A stretch of 64,000 nt of DNA, taken from assembly GCA_963720755.1 (NCBI GenBank), contig CAVRGP010000011.1, positions 640,001 to 704,000 of the forward strand. The letters are read 5' to 3'. Positions 1-10,417 of this stretch are shown here, piece by piece (the first letter of the stretch is position 1; every line of letters begins with the position of its first letter). A program made the position numbers and the translations under genes. This stretch comes from an uncultured Chloroflexia bacterium. GTDB lineage: Bacteria > Chloroflexota > Limnocylindria > Limnocylindrales > CSP1-4. Under the pieces are notes generated by a model. It was given only the letters and a program-made list of their open reading frames with translations. It was not told the origin of the DNA and did no database searches.

Positions 1-176
1 TCGTACGAGCCGTGCGATCGTTCGATGCCGAGCCGGTCGGCCACCCGACGGGCCACGACCGGATCGCGAGAGGCGATCGCGAAGACCTCGACGCGAGGAG
101 CCTTCTGCATCCCCGGGATGACCTTGCTGATCGCGATATCGGCCGTGGACAGGATCCCCATCCGCAGGACGGTCAT
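1..176 (-). CDS. Gfo/Idh/MocA family oxidoreductase (N-terminal part; truncated by window edge)
   Basis: Manual translation from ATG 176 gives MTVLRMGILSTADIAISKVIPGMQKAPRVEVFAIASRD...GSY, the typical Gfo/Idh/MocA Rossmann start. Not in the ORF track. Confidence 0.85.
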   Translation of the reverse strand, partial: MTVLRMGILSTADIAISKVIPGMQKAPRVEVFAIASRDPVVARRVADRLGIERSHGSY

Positions 177-183
177 GGTTCGC

Positions 184-891
184 TCAGCCCCACGAGGTTT
201 CGGTGACCGGTCGCTGGGCGAGTTCCAGCATCCGGAAGGTCCGCGGCCGGGTCAGGACGAACATCACGGTCTCGGCGACGTCTTCGGGATCCATCATCCC
301 GGCCAGGGCGGGCATGTCGGGGGTCCGGCCGCGGCCCATCGCGAAGTCCGTCGCCACGCCACCCGGGCAGACGTTGGTGCAGCGCACGCCCTGCTCCCGC
401 AGTTCGTGGTCGAGGGCCCGGGTCAGGCCGACCTGGGCGAACTTCGATGAGCAGTAGACCGCTTCGAGGGGGAGGCCGCGTCGACCGGCCTCGCTGGCGA
501 TCATGACGATGTCCGCCGCCTCGCTGCGGACGAGGTGGGGGAGTGCGGCGCGGATGGTATAGATCGCCCCCTTGACGTTGATATCGATCATCTCCTCAAG
601 CTGGTCCATCGGCAGGTCCAGGAACGGCCCGTAGGCGCCGACCCCGGCATTGACGACGAGGATGTCCAGGCGACCGAAACGCGCGATCGTGGCGGCCACC
701 ATCGCTTCGACCGACGCCGGGTCGCGGACGTCGCATGGCTGGGCGACGGCGTCCCCGATCCCGAGATCGTCACCGCTTCGGGACGCCAGCCCCAGGTGGA
801 CACCCACCTCGTCGAGTGCGTGGGCGATGCTCGCGCCGATCCCGCGGCTCGCTCCGGTGATCAGGGCGACTCGCCCGTCGAGTGACTGCAT
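184..891 (-). CDS. Short-chain dehydrogenase/reductase (SDR)
   Basis: TGASRGIG cofactor motif, NAG motif and YCSSK catalytic motif; GGAGG RBS before ATG 891. Confidence 0.93.
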   Translation of the reverse strand: MQSLDGRVALITGASRGIGASIAHALDEVGVHLGLASRSGDDLGIGDAVAQPCDVRDPASVEAMVAATIARFGRLDILVVNAGVGAYGPFLDLPMDQLEEMIDINVKGAIYTIRAALPHLVRSEAADIVMIASEAGRRGLPLEAVYCSSKFAQVGLTRALDHELREQGVRCTNVCPGGVATDFAMGRGRTPDMPALAGMMDPEDVAETVMFVLTRPRTFRMLELAQRPVTETSWG

Positions 892-956
892 GTCGTTGTT
901 CCTCCGTCGGTCGATCCATCCCGCTGTTCGCGGGCGGCGTTTGTGCGTTTCGGCTC

Positions 957-985
957 TTGACAACCAAGCGTCCCTCATAGAGTCT
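957..985 (+). promoter_or_regulatory. Putative sigma70 promoter of the ROK regulator
   Basis: Perfect TTGACA at 957-962 and TAGAGT at 978-983. The 15-nt spacer is short, so the -10 assignment is uncertain. Confidence 0.45.
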
Positions 986-994
986 CACACGAGC

Positions 995-1017
995 GTTTGG
1001 AAGAGAGGACAACAAAC
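995..1017. promoter_or_regulatory. Putative ROK (XylR-type) operator, copy 1
   Basis: GTTTGGAAGAGAGGACAACAAAC; its 21-bp core matches the site upstream of xylA. Confidence 0.7.
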
Positions 1018-1025
1018 CATTGGAG

Positions 1026-2258
1026 ATGGTCCTTCGCGGCGTGTCCGGGCAACGCAGCGGAACGATCCGCCGCGCGAACCTGAGTACGATCGTCACGGAA
1101 CTCCACCGGAGTGGTCCGTTGTCTCGATCCGAATTGGTCGCGCGGACGGGGCTGACCAGGAGCGCGATCCGGTCGCTGATCGGCGAACTTGCCGCCTCCG
1201 GCTTCGTCAGCGAGACGACATCCGTTCTTGACGGAACGCCCGGCCGGCCATCAGCGCTGGTGCGCCCGGAGCCCTACGGGGCGGTCACCCTGGCGCTCGA
1301 CGTGGCCGTTGAGTCCCTCGACGCGGCGATCGTCGGCCTGGGCGGCGAGGTCCTCGACACCGCCCGGATCGATCTGCGTGCGGACCGTTCGAGTCTGGAT
1401 GACGTCGTCGACGCGCTGGCGGGCCTTGCCGCACCACTGCTCGATCGGGCTGGACGGGAGCGCCAGATCGTCGGCGTCGGCGTCGCGGTCGTCGGGCTCG
1501 TCCGCCGGCGCGACGGGATGGTCGCCATGGCACCGAACCTGGGCTGGCACGATGCGCCCCTCGGGGCTCGCCTGAGCGACATCCTCGGGCCTGAGGTCCC
1601 GGTCACGGTCGCCAACGAGGCGGATCTGGCCGCCCTGGCCGAGTCACGCCGTGGCGTCGGGCGCGGCGTGGACGATTCGATCGTCGTCTGGGGCTCCGTC
1701 GGGGTCGGGGGTGGCCTGATCGTCGGAGGACGACCGCTCACCGGGATCGAGGGCTACAGCGGCGAGATCGGGCACCTGCCGGTGGATCCGGACGGTGACC
1801 CATGCTCCTGCGGATCGACCGGCTGCTGGGAAACGAAGGTGGGCACGCGAGCGATCCAGCGTCGGGCCGGTCGCCCGGTCGACGACAGCCTGGGAGCGTT
1901 CGACGCACTGGTCCGCGACGCGGAGGCCGGAATACCGGAGGTCATCGATGCCCTGGCCGAGACGGGACGCTGGCTGGGGATCGGCCTGGCCGGCCTGATC
2001 AACGTCTTCAATCCGGGGTTGATCGTGCTCGGCGGCCGGCTGGCCGAGATCGAGCCCCACGTGCGGCCCGCGCTCGAGGCTGAGCTCGACCGCAGGGCGA
2101 TCGCGCCATCCCGCCGCGCCGTCTCGATCGTCCCGGCCGACCTCGGATGGACCGCCCAGCTCCTTGGAGCCGCCGAGCTGGCCTTCGACCCACTACTCGC
2201 CGACCCTGCGGCATGGCTGCGCTCGCGCACGCCCGATGCTGCGCTGGCAACCGCCTGA
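1026..2258 (+). CDS. xylR: ROK family transcriptional repressor (XylR-like)
   Basis: N-terminal HTH (LSRSELVARTGLTRSAI), GRP motif, and ROK signature GEIGHL...CSCGSTGCWE; adjacent to xylose genes. Confidence 0.88.
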   Translation: MVLRGVSGQRSGTIRRANLSTIVTELHRSGPLSRSELVARTGLTRSAIRSLIGELAASGFVSETTSVLDGTPGRPSALVRPEPYGAVTLALDVAVESLDAAIVGLGGEVLDTARIDLRADRSSLDDVVDALAGLAAPLLDRAGRERQIVGVGVAVVGLVRRRDGMVAMAPNLGWHDAPLGARLSDILGPEVPVTVANEADLAALAESRRGVGRGVDDSIVVWGSVGVGGGLIVGGRPLTGIEGYSGEIGHLPVDPDGDPCSCGSTGCWETKVGTRAIQRRAGRPVDDSLGAFDALVRDAEAGIPEVIDALAETGRWLGIGLAGLINVFNPGLIVLGGRLAEIEPHVRPALEAELDRRAIAPSRRAVSIVPADLGWTAQLLGAAELAFDPLLADPAAWLRSRTPDAALATA

Positions 2259-2373
2259 CGGAATTCAGCAGCAGAAGGAGGAGCCCACGATAGACATTGC
2301 GGGGGTGGTAGCCTATGTTGCCCCCGGGGGGAGCCGGGGTCGTCTCGTTTGAACGTATGGAGGAGTACTGAGC

Positions 2374-3531
2374 ATGTCCATCAAGAGGTTGACTGCGCTC
2401 TCTGCGAGCGCCGTCATCTTGCTCGCTGCGTGTAGCAGCGGCGGCTCGAGCACCGCGCCATCGGCTGCGGCGTCGACCGCGTCCGGGGCCGGTTGCACGG
2501 TCGGTGTCTCGTGGAACAACTTCCAGCAGCCGCGCTGGGCCGCACACGACGAGCCCAACCTGAAGGCCACGGTCGAGGACGCTGGCGGCAAGTACATCAG
2601 CGCCGACGCGAACCTCAGTGCTGAGCAGCAGCTCACCGACGTCGACACCCTGATCTCGCAGGGCGCGAAGGTCCTGGTCCTGCTTGCGCAGGACAACAAG
2701 GCCATCCTGCCGGCGGTCCAGAAGGCCAAGGATGCGGGCATCCCGGTCATCGCCTACGACCGCTTGATCGAAGATCCGACCATCCTCTACATCACCTTCG
2801 ACAACGTCGCCGTCGGCAAGGCCGAGGCTGACGCGGTCATCGCCAAGGTCCCGAAGGGCAACTACGTCCTGATCAAGGGCGACCCGGGCGACCCGAATGC
2901 GTCCACGTTCCTGCCGCAGGGCTGGGACGACGCCGGCCTGAAGGACAAGGTCGCCTCCGGCGACATCGTCCTCCTCAACGGACCTGATGGGACGTTCACC
3001 GACGCCTGGAAGACCGAGAAGGCGCAGTCCAACATGGAAGCGATCATCGACAAGGCCGTCGCCGACGGCACGAAGATCGACGCGATCCTCGCGGAGAACG
3101 ACAGCACCGCGCTCGGTGTCGTTGGTGCCCTCACCGCCAAGAGCTACGGCTTCCCGCCCCTGAGCGGCCAGGATGGCGACACCGCCAACCTGAACAACGT
3201 CGCCCTGGGCAAGCAGTACGTCGACGTCTGGAAGAACGCCAATGAGCTGGGCAAGGCGGCCGGCGCCGCAGCCCTCGCACTGTGCAATGGCACGGCCATG
3301 GCCAGCCTCACGCTTCCGAGCGGCCTGATCGACGCTTCGGTCGCTCCGGTCGCCGGTCTGTCGGCCCAGCCGTTCACGACCCCGGACGGGACGAGCGTTT
3401 CGTCCTTTATCCTCCAGCCGACCCCGCTCACCGCGGACAACCTCCAGGTGGCGGTTGACGGCGGGCAGATCACCAAGGAAGAGCTGTGCAAGGGTGTCGA
3501 CGCCGCGTCGGCGCCGACCGCTTGCCAGTAA
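2374..3531 (+). CDS. xylF: Sugar (D-xylose) ABC transporter substrate-binding lipoprotein
   Basis: Lipobox LLAAC; VIAYDRLI, ENDSTA and SGQDGD periplasmic binding protein type 1 motifs; GGAGG RBS. Confidence 0.88.
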   Translation: MSIKRLTALSASAVILLAACSSGGSSTAPSAAASTASGAGCTVGVSWNNFQQPRWAAHDEPNLKATVEDAGGKYISADANLSAEQQLTDVDTLISQGAKVLVLLAQDNKAILPAVQKAKDAGIPVIAYDRLIEDPTILYITFDNVAVGKAEADAVIAKVPKGNYVLIKGDPGDPNASTFLPQGWDDAGLKDKVASGDIVLLNGPDGTFTDAWKTEKAQSNMEAIIDKAVADGTKIDAILAENDSTALGVVGALTAKSYGFPPLSGQDGDTANLNNVALGKQYVDVWKNANELGKAAGAAALALCNGTAMASLTLPSGLIDASVAPVAGLSAQPFTTPDGTSVSSFILQPTPLTADNLQVAVDGGQITKEELCKGVDAASAPTACQ

Positions 3532-3556
3532 GTCGCCGATAGCAACCGAGTAATCT

Positions 3557-3589
3557 GCGACCTGCGGGCCCCACGGACCCGCAGGTCGC
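3557..3589 (+). terminator. Stem-loop after the binding-protein gene (mRNA stabiliser or partial terminator)
   Basis: 12-bp perfect inverted repeat GCGACCTGCGGG / CCCGCAGGTCGC, with no U-tract. Confidence 0.6.
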
Positions 3590-3635
3590 TCAGTATCTGG
3601 GACAGTGATCGGATCCACGTGGCCGGAGGATTGAC

Positions 3636-4955
3636 GTGACGAACGCGGCAGGCGCCGTTCCAGGTCAGACGCAGGCCCCCAAGCGGACGTCGGTCCGCGG
3701 TTTGTTGGCCGCGACAGAGATCGATCTCCGACTGTTCGGGATGCTGATCGCCCTCGCGGCGATCCTGCTCACATTCAACATCCTGAGCGGGGGCAAGTTC
3801 TTCCAGCCGAACAACATGATCACTCTGGCGGTGCAGGCGACCGGCATCGCCATCATCGCGACCGGGATGGTCCTGGTCATCGTGTCGCGGAACATCGACC
3901 TTTCCGTCGGTTCGCTGGTCGGGGTCATCGCCATGACCTACGCCATCCTGATGACCGACTGGATGCCGAACATCCTCGGCATGGGGGCGGATTTCCCGTT
4001 CCGATGGCTCATCGCCCTCGGTCTCGGCATCCTCCTCGGAGCGCTGATCGGCGCCCTCCAGGGGTTCATCATCGCCTACGTCGGGGTGCCGTCGTTCATC
4101 GTCACCCTCGGCGGGTTGTTGTCGATCCGAGGGGCTGTCTGGTATCTCTCCAGCGGTGCATCTGTGTCGGGGCTCGACCCGATCTTCCAGCTCATCGGCG
4201 GCGGGGCGCAGGGCTCGCTCGGGGGCACGCTGACGTGGGCCCTCGCGATCGTGGGATGTATCGCCATCATCTGGCTTCTCTTCAACGGCCGGCGTCAACG
4301 TCGCCGATTCGAGTTCCCGGTCAGGCCGATGTGGGCCGAGGTCCTGATCGGCGTCGTCGGGTGCCTTGCCCTGGTCGGGGTCGCCGCATTCGCCAATGCC
4401 GCCCTGTGGCCGGAGGGTCTCGCGAACCGCATCGCGACAGAACAGAACTGGGGCCCGAGACCAGAAGGTGGCTGGAACGTCCCGACCGGGATCCCGTTCC
4501 CGATCATCCTGTTGCTGGGCGTGACCCTCGTCATGACCTGGATGGCCACGCGCCGCAGGTTCGGGCGATACGTCTACGCGTACGGTGGCAATCCTGACGC
4601 CGCCGAGCTCGCCGGCATCAACACGAAGTGGACGATCCTCAAGACCTACGTCGTGATGGGGATCCTGTGCGCGCTCGCCGCTGCCATCGCGTCGGCCCGG
4701 CTGAATGGGTCCACCCTTGACATCGGCGTCAGCTACGAGCTGTATGTGATCGCGGCGGCGGTCGTCGGTGGGACGTCGTTCTCCGGGGGCATCGGCACGA
4801 TCCCCGGTGCGGTCATCGGTGCCTTCGTGATGCAGTCACTCGCTTATGGACTGAGCTTCATGGGCGTCAACTCTCCCGGTCAGAACGTCGTGGCCGGAAT
4901 CGTGCTGGTCGTTGCGGTCGGCTTTGACACCTTCAACCGCCGGCGCGGATCCTGA
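3636..4955 (+). CDS. xylH: Sugar ABC transporter permease
   Basis: Multiple TM helices; [20 protein letters not shown] and [13 protein letters not shown] motifs. Confidence 0.9.
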   Translation: MTNAAGAVPGQTQAPKRTSVRGLLAATEIDLRLFGMLIALAAILLTFNILSGGKFFQPNNMITLAVQATGIAIIATGMVLVIVSRNIDLSVGSLVGVIAMTYAILMTDWMPNILGMGADFPFRWLIALGLGILLGALIGALQGFIIAYVGVPSFIVTLGGLLSIRGAVWYLSSGASVSGLDPIFQLIGGGAQGSLGGTLTWALAIVGCIAIIWLLFNGRRQRRRFEFPVRPMWAEVLIGVVGCLALVGVAAFANAALWPEGLANRIATEQNWGPRPEGGWNVPTGIPFPIILLLGVTLVMTWMATRRRFGRYVYAYGGNPDAAELAGINTKWTILKTYVVMGILCALAAAIASARLNGSTLDIGVSYELYVIAAAVVGGTSFSGGIGTIPGAVIGAFVMQSLAYGLSFMGVNSPGQNVVAGIVLVVAVGFDTFNRRRGS

Positions 4956-4968
4956 GCGGCAAGGAGGC

Positions 4969-5769
4969 ATGACGATGACGGTCGAGACGAGCGCTCCGCT
5001 GGTCGAGATGCGCAATATCAGCGTCGCGTTCGGCGGCGTCCACGCGGTCAAGGATGTGACCATCGACCTCAATGCCGGTGAGGTCATCGGTCTCGTCGGC
5101 GGGAATGGGGCCGGCAAGTCCACCCTGATGCGTGTCCTGTCCGGCGCGCACCCGGCCGATAGCGGGAATATCAGCATCAACGGGAAGCCGGTGACCATCT
5201 CCAACCCGCGCGACGCGAAGCACTACAACATCGAGACCATCTACCAGACCCTCGCTCTCGCCGACAACATCGACACGCCGGGGAACCTCTTCCTGGGCCG
5301 GGAGAAGACGACCCGCCTCGGGAGCCTGGACGACACCGCGATGGAGGCGGAGACGCGAAAGGTCATGGGCCGGCTCAACCCCAACTTCACGAACTTCAAG
5401 ATGGCGGTGAAATCGCTGTCCGGCGGCCAGCGTCAGGCAGTCGCGATCGCGCGGGCCGTCTACTTCAACGCCCGGATCCTGATCATGGACGAACCCACGG
5501 CTGCGCTCGGCCCCGCCGAGACCGCTCAGGTTCGCAATCTGGTGCGCCAACTCAAGGACGAGGGCATCGGGATCTTCCTGATCAGCCACGACATCCACGA
5601 TGTCTTCGACCTGTCGGACCGGATCAGCGTGATGTATCACGGCGAGGTCGTCGACACCGTGCGCAAGAGTGACGTCACGGCGGACGACGTCCTGGGGATG
5701 ATCATCCTTGGCAAGAAGCCGGACGAGGTCACCGATACGGACAAGGCCGCGATCGAGCTCCGCGGCTGA
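4969..5769 (+). CDS. xylG: Sugar ABC transporter ATP-binding protein (single domain)
   Basis: Walker A GGNGAGKS, signature LSGGQRQ, Walker B LIMDEPT; AAGGAGG RBS. Confidence 0.9.
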   Translation: MTMTVETSAPLVEMRNISVAFGGVHAVKDVTIDLNAGEVIGLVGGNGAGKSTLMRVLSGAHPADSGNISINGKPVTISNPRDAKHYNIETIYQTLALADNIDTPGNLFLGREKTTRLGSLDDTAMEAETRKVMGRLNPNFTNFKMAVKSLSGGQRQAVAIARAVYFNARILIMDEPTAALGPAETAQVRNLVRQLKDEGIGIFLISHDIHDVFDLSDRISVMYHGEVVDTVRKSDVTADDVLGMIILGKKPDEVTDTDKAAIELRG

Positions 5770-5782
5770 CGCTCGACGCGGA

Positions 5783-7267
5783 TCAGAGTCGAGGGAAGAT
5801 CGGAGCGAGGGCCGGATAGAGTCGGCCGTACGTATCGTGGATGTCCGCGTATCGAGCCGCATCGGGTCCCGGGTCGGCGACGGGTGTGGCAACGACGAGC
5901 GCGCTCGTCGCGCCCTGTACCGTGGTGAACCAGCCGGCAGCGACCGTGGCCAGCAGCCCGGCACCGTAGGCCGCTCCCTCCGACGTGTTGACCGTGGCCA
6001 CCTCGGCGCGGAGGACGTCGGCCAGGATCTGCCGCCACAACGGGCTGACGATCCCGCCACCGGATGCCCGGACCTGGGTCGGTGCCGCCATGCCAGCGCC
6101 GATCATCTGATCGAGGCCGTCGCGAAGTCCGAAGGCGACGCCTTCGAGCACCGCCCGGGTCAGGTGCCGGCGATCGTGCGTCGCGGTCAGCCCGACGAAT
6201 GCCCCGCGGGCCAATGGATCGGGATGTGGACTGCGCTCGCCGGTGAGGTAGGGGAGGAAGAGCAGGCCGTCGCTCCCGGGCGGGATTTCGGCGGCGGGAG
6301 CGACGAGGTCTGCGAACTCGACCCCGGGCGCCAGTGCGTCGCGGAACCAGCGAAGGCTTCCGGCCGCGGACAGCATGACCGTCATGAGATGCCATCGATC
6401 CGGGATGGCGTGGCAGAAAGCGTGGACCTGTCCAGCCGGGTCGCGGATCGGCTGGTTCGTCGTTGCGAAGACGACGCCCGATGTCCCGAGCGACAACGCC
6501 ACGGTCCCTTCGACCGTCGCACCGACACCGACAGCATTGGCCGACTGGTCGCCGCCGCCCGCGACGACCGGGGTCCCGGCGCGCAGGCCCGTCACTGCTT
6601 CGGCGGCACGACTCACCGTGCCGGTGATCTCCGGACCCTCGAAGGTCGGCGGCATCCAGGCCGGATCGATCTGCAGGGCCGCCAGCACCTCGGGTGACCA
6701 GTCCCTGGCGGCCAGGTCGAACAGCAGGGTACCGGCGCCGTCGGCCTTGTCCAGGGCGTGTTCCCCGGTCAGTCGCAGGCGAACGTAGTCCTTCGGGAGG
6801 AGGACGTGGGCGGTCCGCTGCCAGACGTCCGGCTCGTGATCGCGGACCCAGACAAGCTTCGGCGCGGTGAAGCCGGTCAGGGCGTCGTTGCCCGTGAGTT
6901 CGATGAGCCGCTCAGGCCCGACCGCCGCCCGGATGGCATCGCACTCGGCCGCGGTCCGCTGGTCATTCCACAGGATGGCCGGTCGGAGGATGCGGTCGCT
7001 TGAATCGAGCAGGACGAGCCCATGCATCTGTCCCGTCAGACCGATCGCAGCGACGGTCGACGGGTCGGTACCGGACGAGCGGAGGACCAGACCGATGGCG
7101 TCGACCGCCGCGTCCCACCACAGGGCAGGGTCCTGCTCGCTCCACAGAGGCCGAGGCTGGTCGTACCCATACTCCGAGGCTGCGATGCCGACGACGGAGC
7201 CGTCCTCGCCGACGAGGACGGCCTTCGTGGCCGTGGTCGAAACGTCGATGCCGAGCACGACGCTCAT
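5783..7267 (-). CDS. xylB: Xylulokinase
   Basis: FGGY kinase motifs GIDVSTT, GQMHG, ILWNDQR and PYLTGERSP; downstream of xylA. Confidence 0.95.
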   Translation of the reverse strand: MSVVLGIDVSTTATKAVLVGEDGSVVGIAASEYGYDQPRPLWSEQDPALWWDAAVDAIGLVLRSSGTDPSTVAAIGLTGQMHGLVLLDSSDRILRPAILWNDQRTAAECDAIRAAVGPERLIELTGNDALTGFTAPKLVWVRDHEPDVWQRTAHVLLPKDYVRLRLTGEHALDKADGAGTLLFDLAARDWSPEVLAALQIDPAWMPPTFEGPEITGTVSRAAEAVTGLRAGTPVVAGGGDQSANAVGVGATVEGTVALSLGTSGVVFATTNQPIRDPAGQVHAFCHAIPDRWHLMTVMLSAAGSLRWFRDALAPGVEFADLVAPAAEIPPGSDGLLFLPYLTGERSPHPDPLARGAFVGLTATHDRRHLTRAVLEGVAFGLRDGLDQMIGAGMAAPTQVRASGGGIVSPLWRQILADVLRAEVATVNTSEGAAYGAGLLATVAAGWFTTVQGATSALVVATPVADPGPDAARYADIHDTYGRLYPALAPIFPRL

Positions 7268-7272
7268 CCGCT

Positions 7273-8622
7273 TCAGCCTTGCGCGTCGCGATCGGCGGCC
7301 CAGATCCGCTGGTTGACGAGTCCCTCGAGGCGTTCCTGCTCCCCGGACACCGGCCGCGGGTCGATCTCGCCGGTGGCGACCCGTGCCTCAAGGGACGCCA
7401 GCGTCTCCGAACCGCTCAGGATCGCGCTCCCGAGTTCGCCACTCCAGCCCGCGTAACGCGCCTCGACGAGGGTCGACAACGTGCCGCGCTCGAGCATGTC
7501 CGCCGCGACGAGAAGCGCCCGAGCGAGCGTGTCGATCCCGCCGATGTGCGCGTGGAACAGATCCGTTCGGTGCAGGCTCTGCCGACGCAACTTGGCATCG
7601 AAGTTGAAGCCGCCTTCGGTGAACCCGCCGGCCTTGAGGATCTCGTACAGCGGCAGGGCCAGATCCTCGACCGAATTCGGGAACTGATCGGTGTCCCAGC
7701 CGTTCTGCGGATCGCCGCGATTCGCATCGATACTCCCGAGGATCCCGTGGGCAACGGCGTACGCGACCTCATGGTGGAAGCTGTGGCCGGCCAGCGTCGC
7801 GTGGTTCGCCTCGATATTCACCCGATACTCGCCATCGAGCCCGTTGGCCACCAGGAAGCCGTGAACGGTCGCGGTGTCGAAGTCGTACTGGTGCTTCGTC
7901 GGCTCCATCGGCTTGGGTTCGATGAGAAGTTGCCCCTTGAACCCGATCTTGTGCTTGTGCTCGGCGACCAGATGGAGGAACCGGGCGAGCTGCTGGCCCT
8001 CGCGCCGAAGGTCCGTGTTGAGGAGGGTGTCGTACCCTTCCCGGCCGCCCCACAGGACATAGTTCGTCCCACCGAGGCGCTGGGTGATCTCGAGCATGTT
8101 CTTGACCTGCGCGGCCGCGAAGGCAAAGACCTCGGGGTCCGGATTCGTCGCGGCGCCGGCGGCGAACCGAGGATGGGTGAACAGGTTGGCGGTCCCCCAG
8201 AGGAGTCGGACACCGGTCCGTTCCTGGTACTCGGCCGCATCGTCCGCGATGGCGTCGAGGTTGGCTCTGGTCTCCGCGAACGACGCGCCGTCGGGCGCGA
8301 CATCGCGGTCGTGGAAGCAGTAGTAGGGGACACCGAGCTTGGTGAAGAACTCGAACGCCGCCGCCAGTTTCGCCCTGGCCGCCGCCATGGGATCAGCCGA
8401 CGTCGTGATCCACGGGCGATCGAGCGTTCCGGCCCCGAACATGTCCGTGCCCGGCCAGGCGAACGAATGCCAGAAGCACACGCCGACCCGGAGGTGGTCC
8501 TCCATGCGCTTGCCCAGGACGAGTCGGTCCGGCTGGTAGACCTTGTAGGCGAGCGGCTCGTCTAATTCGAGGCCGCCGAACGGGATCGGCCCCGTAACGT
8601 CCGCGAAGAAGTCCTCGCTCAT
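7273..8622 (-). CDS. xylA: Xylose isomerase (class II)
   Basis: [33 protein letters not shown] and GWDTDQFP motifs. Confidence 0.97.
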   Translation of the reverse strand: MSEDFFADVTGPIPFGGLELDEPLAYKVYQPDRLVLGKRMEDHLRVGVCFWHSFAWPGTDMFGAGTLDRPWITTSADPMAAARAKLAAAFEFFTKLGVPYYCFHDRDVAPDGASFAETRANLDAIADDAAEYQERTGVRLLWGTANLFTHPRFAAGAATNPDPEVFAFAAAQVKNMLEITQRLGGTNYVLWGGREGYDTLLNTDLRREGQQLARFLHLVAEHKHKIGFKGQLLIEPKPMEPTKHQYDFDTATVHGFLVANGLDGEYRVNIEANHATLAGHSFHHEVAYAVAHGILGSIDANRGDPQNGWDTDQFPNSVEDLALPLYEILKAGGFTEGGFNFDAKLRRQSLHRTDLFHAHIGGIDTLARALLVAADMLERGTLSTLVEARYAGWSGELGSAILSGSETLASLEARVATGEIDPRPVSGEQERLEGLVNQRIWAADRDAQG

Positions 8623-8704
8623 GACCAGAGCCCTCCTGTGCCGGCCGCGACGGCCGTCCGATGTGAATCACCCGGTGATCTGTGGGTCCGACGAGCATAT
8701 CGTA

Positions 8705-8729
8705 GTTTTGTGCGAGAGGAACACAAAAC
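8705..8729. promoter_or_regulatory. Putative ROK operator, copy 2, overlapping the xylA promoter
   Basis: Palindrome GTTTTGTG-cgagaggaa-CACAAAAC directly next to a minus-strand TACGAT -10 element (8699-8704). Confidence 0.75.
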
Positions 8730-8797
8730 CGGTACGGCCGCGATGGGCGCGGTTCTCGGGATCGCATCCGGACCGGCAGATCCGTAGCGGCGCGGCC

Positions 8798-9346
8798 TCA
8801 ACCTCCCCGGCGACCAGGCATGACCGCCACGACGATCAGGATGACGCCGAGCCCGATGAGGATCAACGGCCACCACGAGCCGTAGTCGATGGCGGGGACG
8901 AGTTGGCGAACGAGGAAGGCCGCCCCCAGGAGGATGAGGATCAGGCCACCGATCAACCCGCCCTGGCCCTGACGGGCCGGGTCGCGGCGGGCCCGCCGGG
9001 TCGCTGTCGGAGCTGCCATGCCCGGGGAAGCGGGGGCGGTGCCGGCGCTGGCGACGCGGGCGGTTTCGGTGCCCGCCGGATCGGCACTGCCCGGTACGGC
9101 GCCTTGGTTCGGGTCGGCAGCGGTGGTCGATGCCCCGCTGGACGCCAGTCCGTCGAGCGGTTCGCCCTCGGGCACGACGATGGCCATCACGATGTACACG
9201 AGGAGCGCCAGGCCACCGGTCAGGAAGATGAGCACCGCCCAGACGATCCGGATCAACGACGGGTCCGCGTCCAGATGTTCGGCGAGACCGCCCGCCACAC
9301 CGGCGATCATCCGGTCGTCCGGGGAACGGTAGAGACGATCAGCCAC
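8798..9346 (-). CDS. PspC domain membrane protein with C-terminal LiaF-like TM hairpin
   Basis: RLYRSPDDRMIAGVAGGLAEHL PspC motif; C-terminal GLILILLG...WWPLILIGLG. Start GTG 9346 (alternative ATG 9352). Confidence 0.85.
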   Translation of the reverse strand: MADRLYRSPDDRMIAGVAGGLAEHLDADPSLIRIVWAVLIFLTGGLALLVYIVMAIVVPEGEPLDGLASSGASTTAADPNQGAVPGSADPAGTETARVASAGTAPASPGMAAPTATRRARRDPARQGQGGLIGGLILILLGAAFLVRQLVPAIDYGSWWPLILIGLGVILIVVAVMPGRRGG

Positions 9347-10316
9347 AGCCATCCTCCGGGTCGAGCTGGATGGATCCCGCATTCGCAGTGGTTTCTAGGT
9401 CGATTCGCACCGTCGCGTCATCGAAGCCGGGTGTGGTCCACGTGGTGCCGTCCTGGACGAGTCCGTGGCCGCCGAAGTCATAGCTGCCAAGGAAGCTATC
9501 ACCCGTCCGGAATCGGAGGCCGGCAGCGGGTGGGGCACAGATCCGAGCACTGCCCGCGTTCAGGTGGATGGATCCGGTCATCGACACGTCCGGGAGAGTG
9601 ACCCCGATCGAGCCGGCATTGAGCTCGAAGTCGATGTCGTCGATGGCCCCGACCGAGGTCAGGTCCACCGTCGCCGAGCCGGCGTTCGTCTGCAGGTCCA
9701 TCGTCCCGAGGGTCGCGCCGGCCAGGACGAGCTTCGCCTCGCCGGCATTCACCTGCACGTCGAGGTCGAGCCGCGGGCCTCCCGGGAGGGTCACCTGCCA
9801 CGTCTCGCGCGTGGCCGCGAGCCAGAATGGACCTTGCTGGTCCGCGCTGCGGATCCGCAGTGACGAGGCGTCCGCACTGACGTCCGGCCCATCGCCATCG
9901 GCACTCCGGCCGGCGATCTGCCACGCGTCACCCGAGGCTGCGGTCACGTCGATGGTTCCGCAGTCGAGCTGGAGATCCACGGTGCCCGAGTTCGAGATCG
10001 ACCCCTGCCGCTCCGGGAAGGCGACGGTCCCGGTCGTGGATCCGCACGACGCGACGGAGGTCGAGGCGACCCCTCCGCTGAGCAGGCCGCCGACCATCAG
10101 TCCGAGGGTCACCGCCACGATCACGCCGCCGATCAGGCCGAAGCGGGTGCGAGAGAGGACCAGCCCGAGGCCGATCCCGATCAGGATCAAGGGCCACAAC
10201 TGCCACCAGCCGGATACCTGCTGCTCAGTCAGGTAGCCGGCCCGGACCGCGAGGGGGATCCCCCCGGCCAGGATCAGGAAGATGCCCCAGCCGAGGAACG
10301 ATCGCCGGATGCGCAT
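9339..10316 (-). CDS. LiaF/DUF5668-like membrane protein with C-terminal beta-rich (adhesin/toast-rack-like) domain
   Basis: Three N-terminal TM helices with LWPLILIGIG; repeated NAGS beta-strand units; coupled to the PspC gene. Confidence 0.7.
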   Translation of the reverse strand: MRIRRSFLGWGIFLILAGGIPLAVRAGYLTEQQVSGWWQLWPLILIGIGLGLVLSRTRFGLIGGVIVAVTLGLMVGGLLSGGVASTSVASCGSTTGTVAFPERQGSISNSGTVDLQLDCGTIDVTAASGDAWQIAGRSADGDGPDVSADASSLRIRSADQQGPFWLAATRETWQVTLPGGPRLDLDVQVNAGEAKLVLAGATLGTMDLQTNAGSATVDLTSVGAIDDIDFELNAGSIGVTLPDVSMTGSIHLNAGSARICAPPAAGLRFRTGDSFLGSYDFGGHGLVQDGTTWTTPGFDDATVRIDLETTANAGSIQLDPEDGCG

Positions 10317-10417
10317 GGGCAAAGGTTAGCGAACGCGTCCAGTCCCAGGACGGGCCGAATGGCACCGATTCGGACCGATTCGGTGTGCTAGCCTCGAACC
10401 CTGTTCCGGAGGTTCCC

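Noticed and set aside
2322-2339. CCCCGG-GGGGAG-CCGGGG hairpin upstream of xylF
   Set aside because: A 6-bp GC stem is expected by chance here, and it straddles the likely transcription start.
2671-2694. CTTGCGCAGGAC in xylF as a fourth palindrome copy
   Set aside because: It shares only the TTGCGCA core; the arms do not match the 16-bp spacing.
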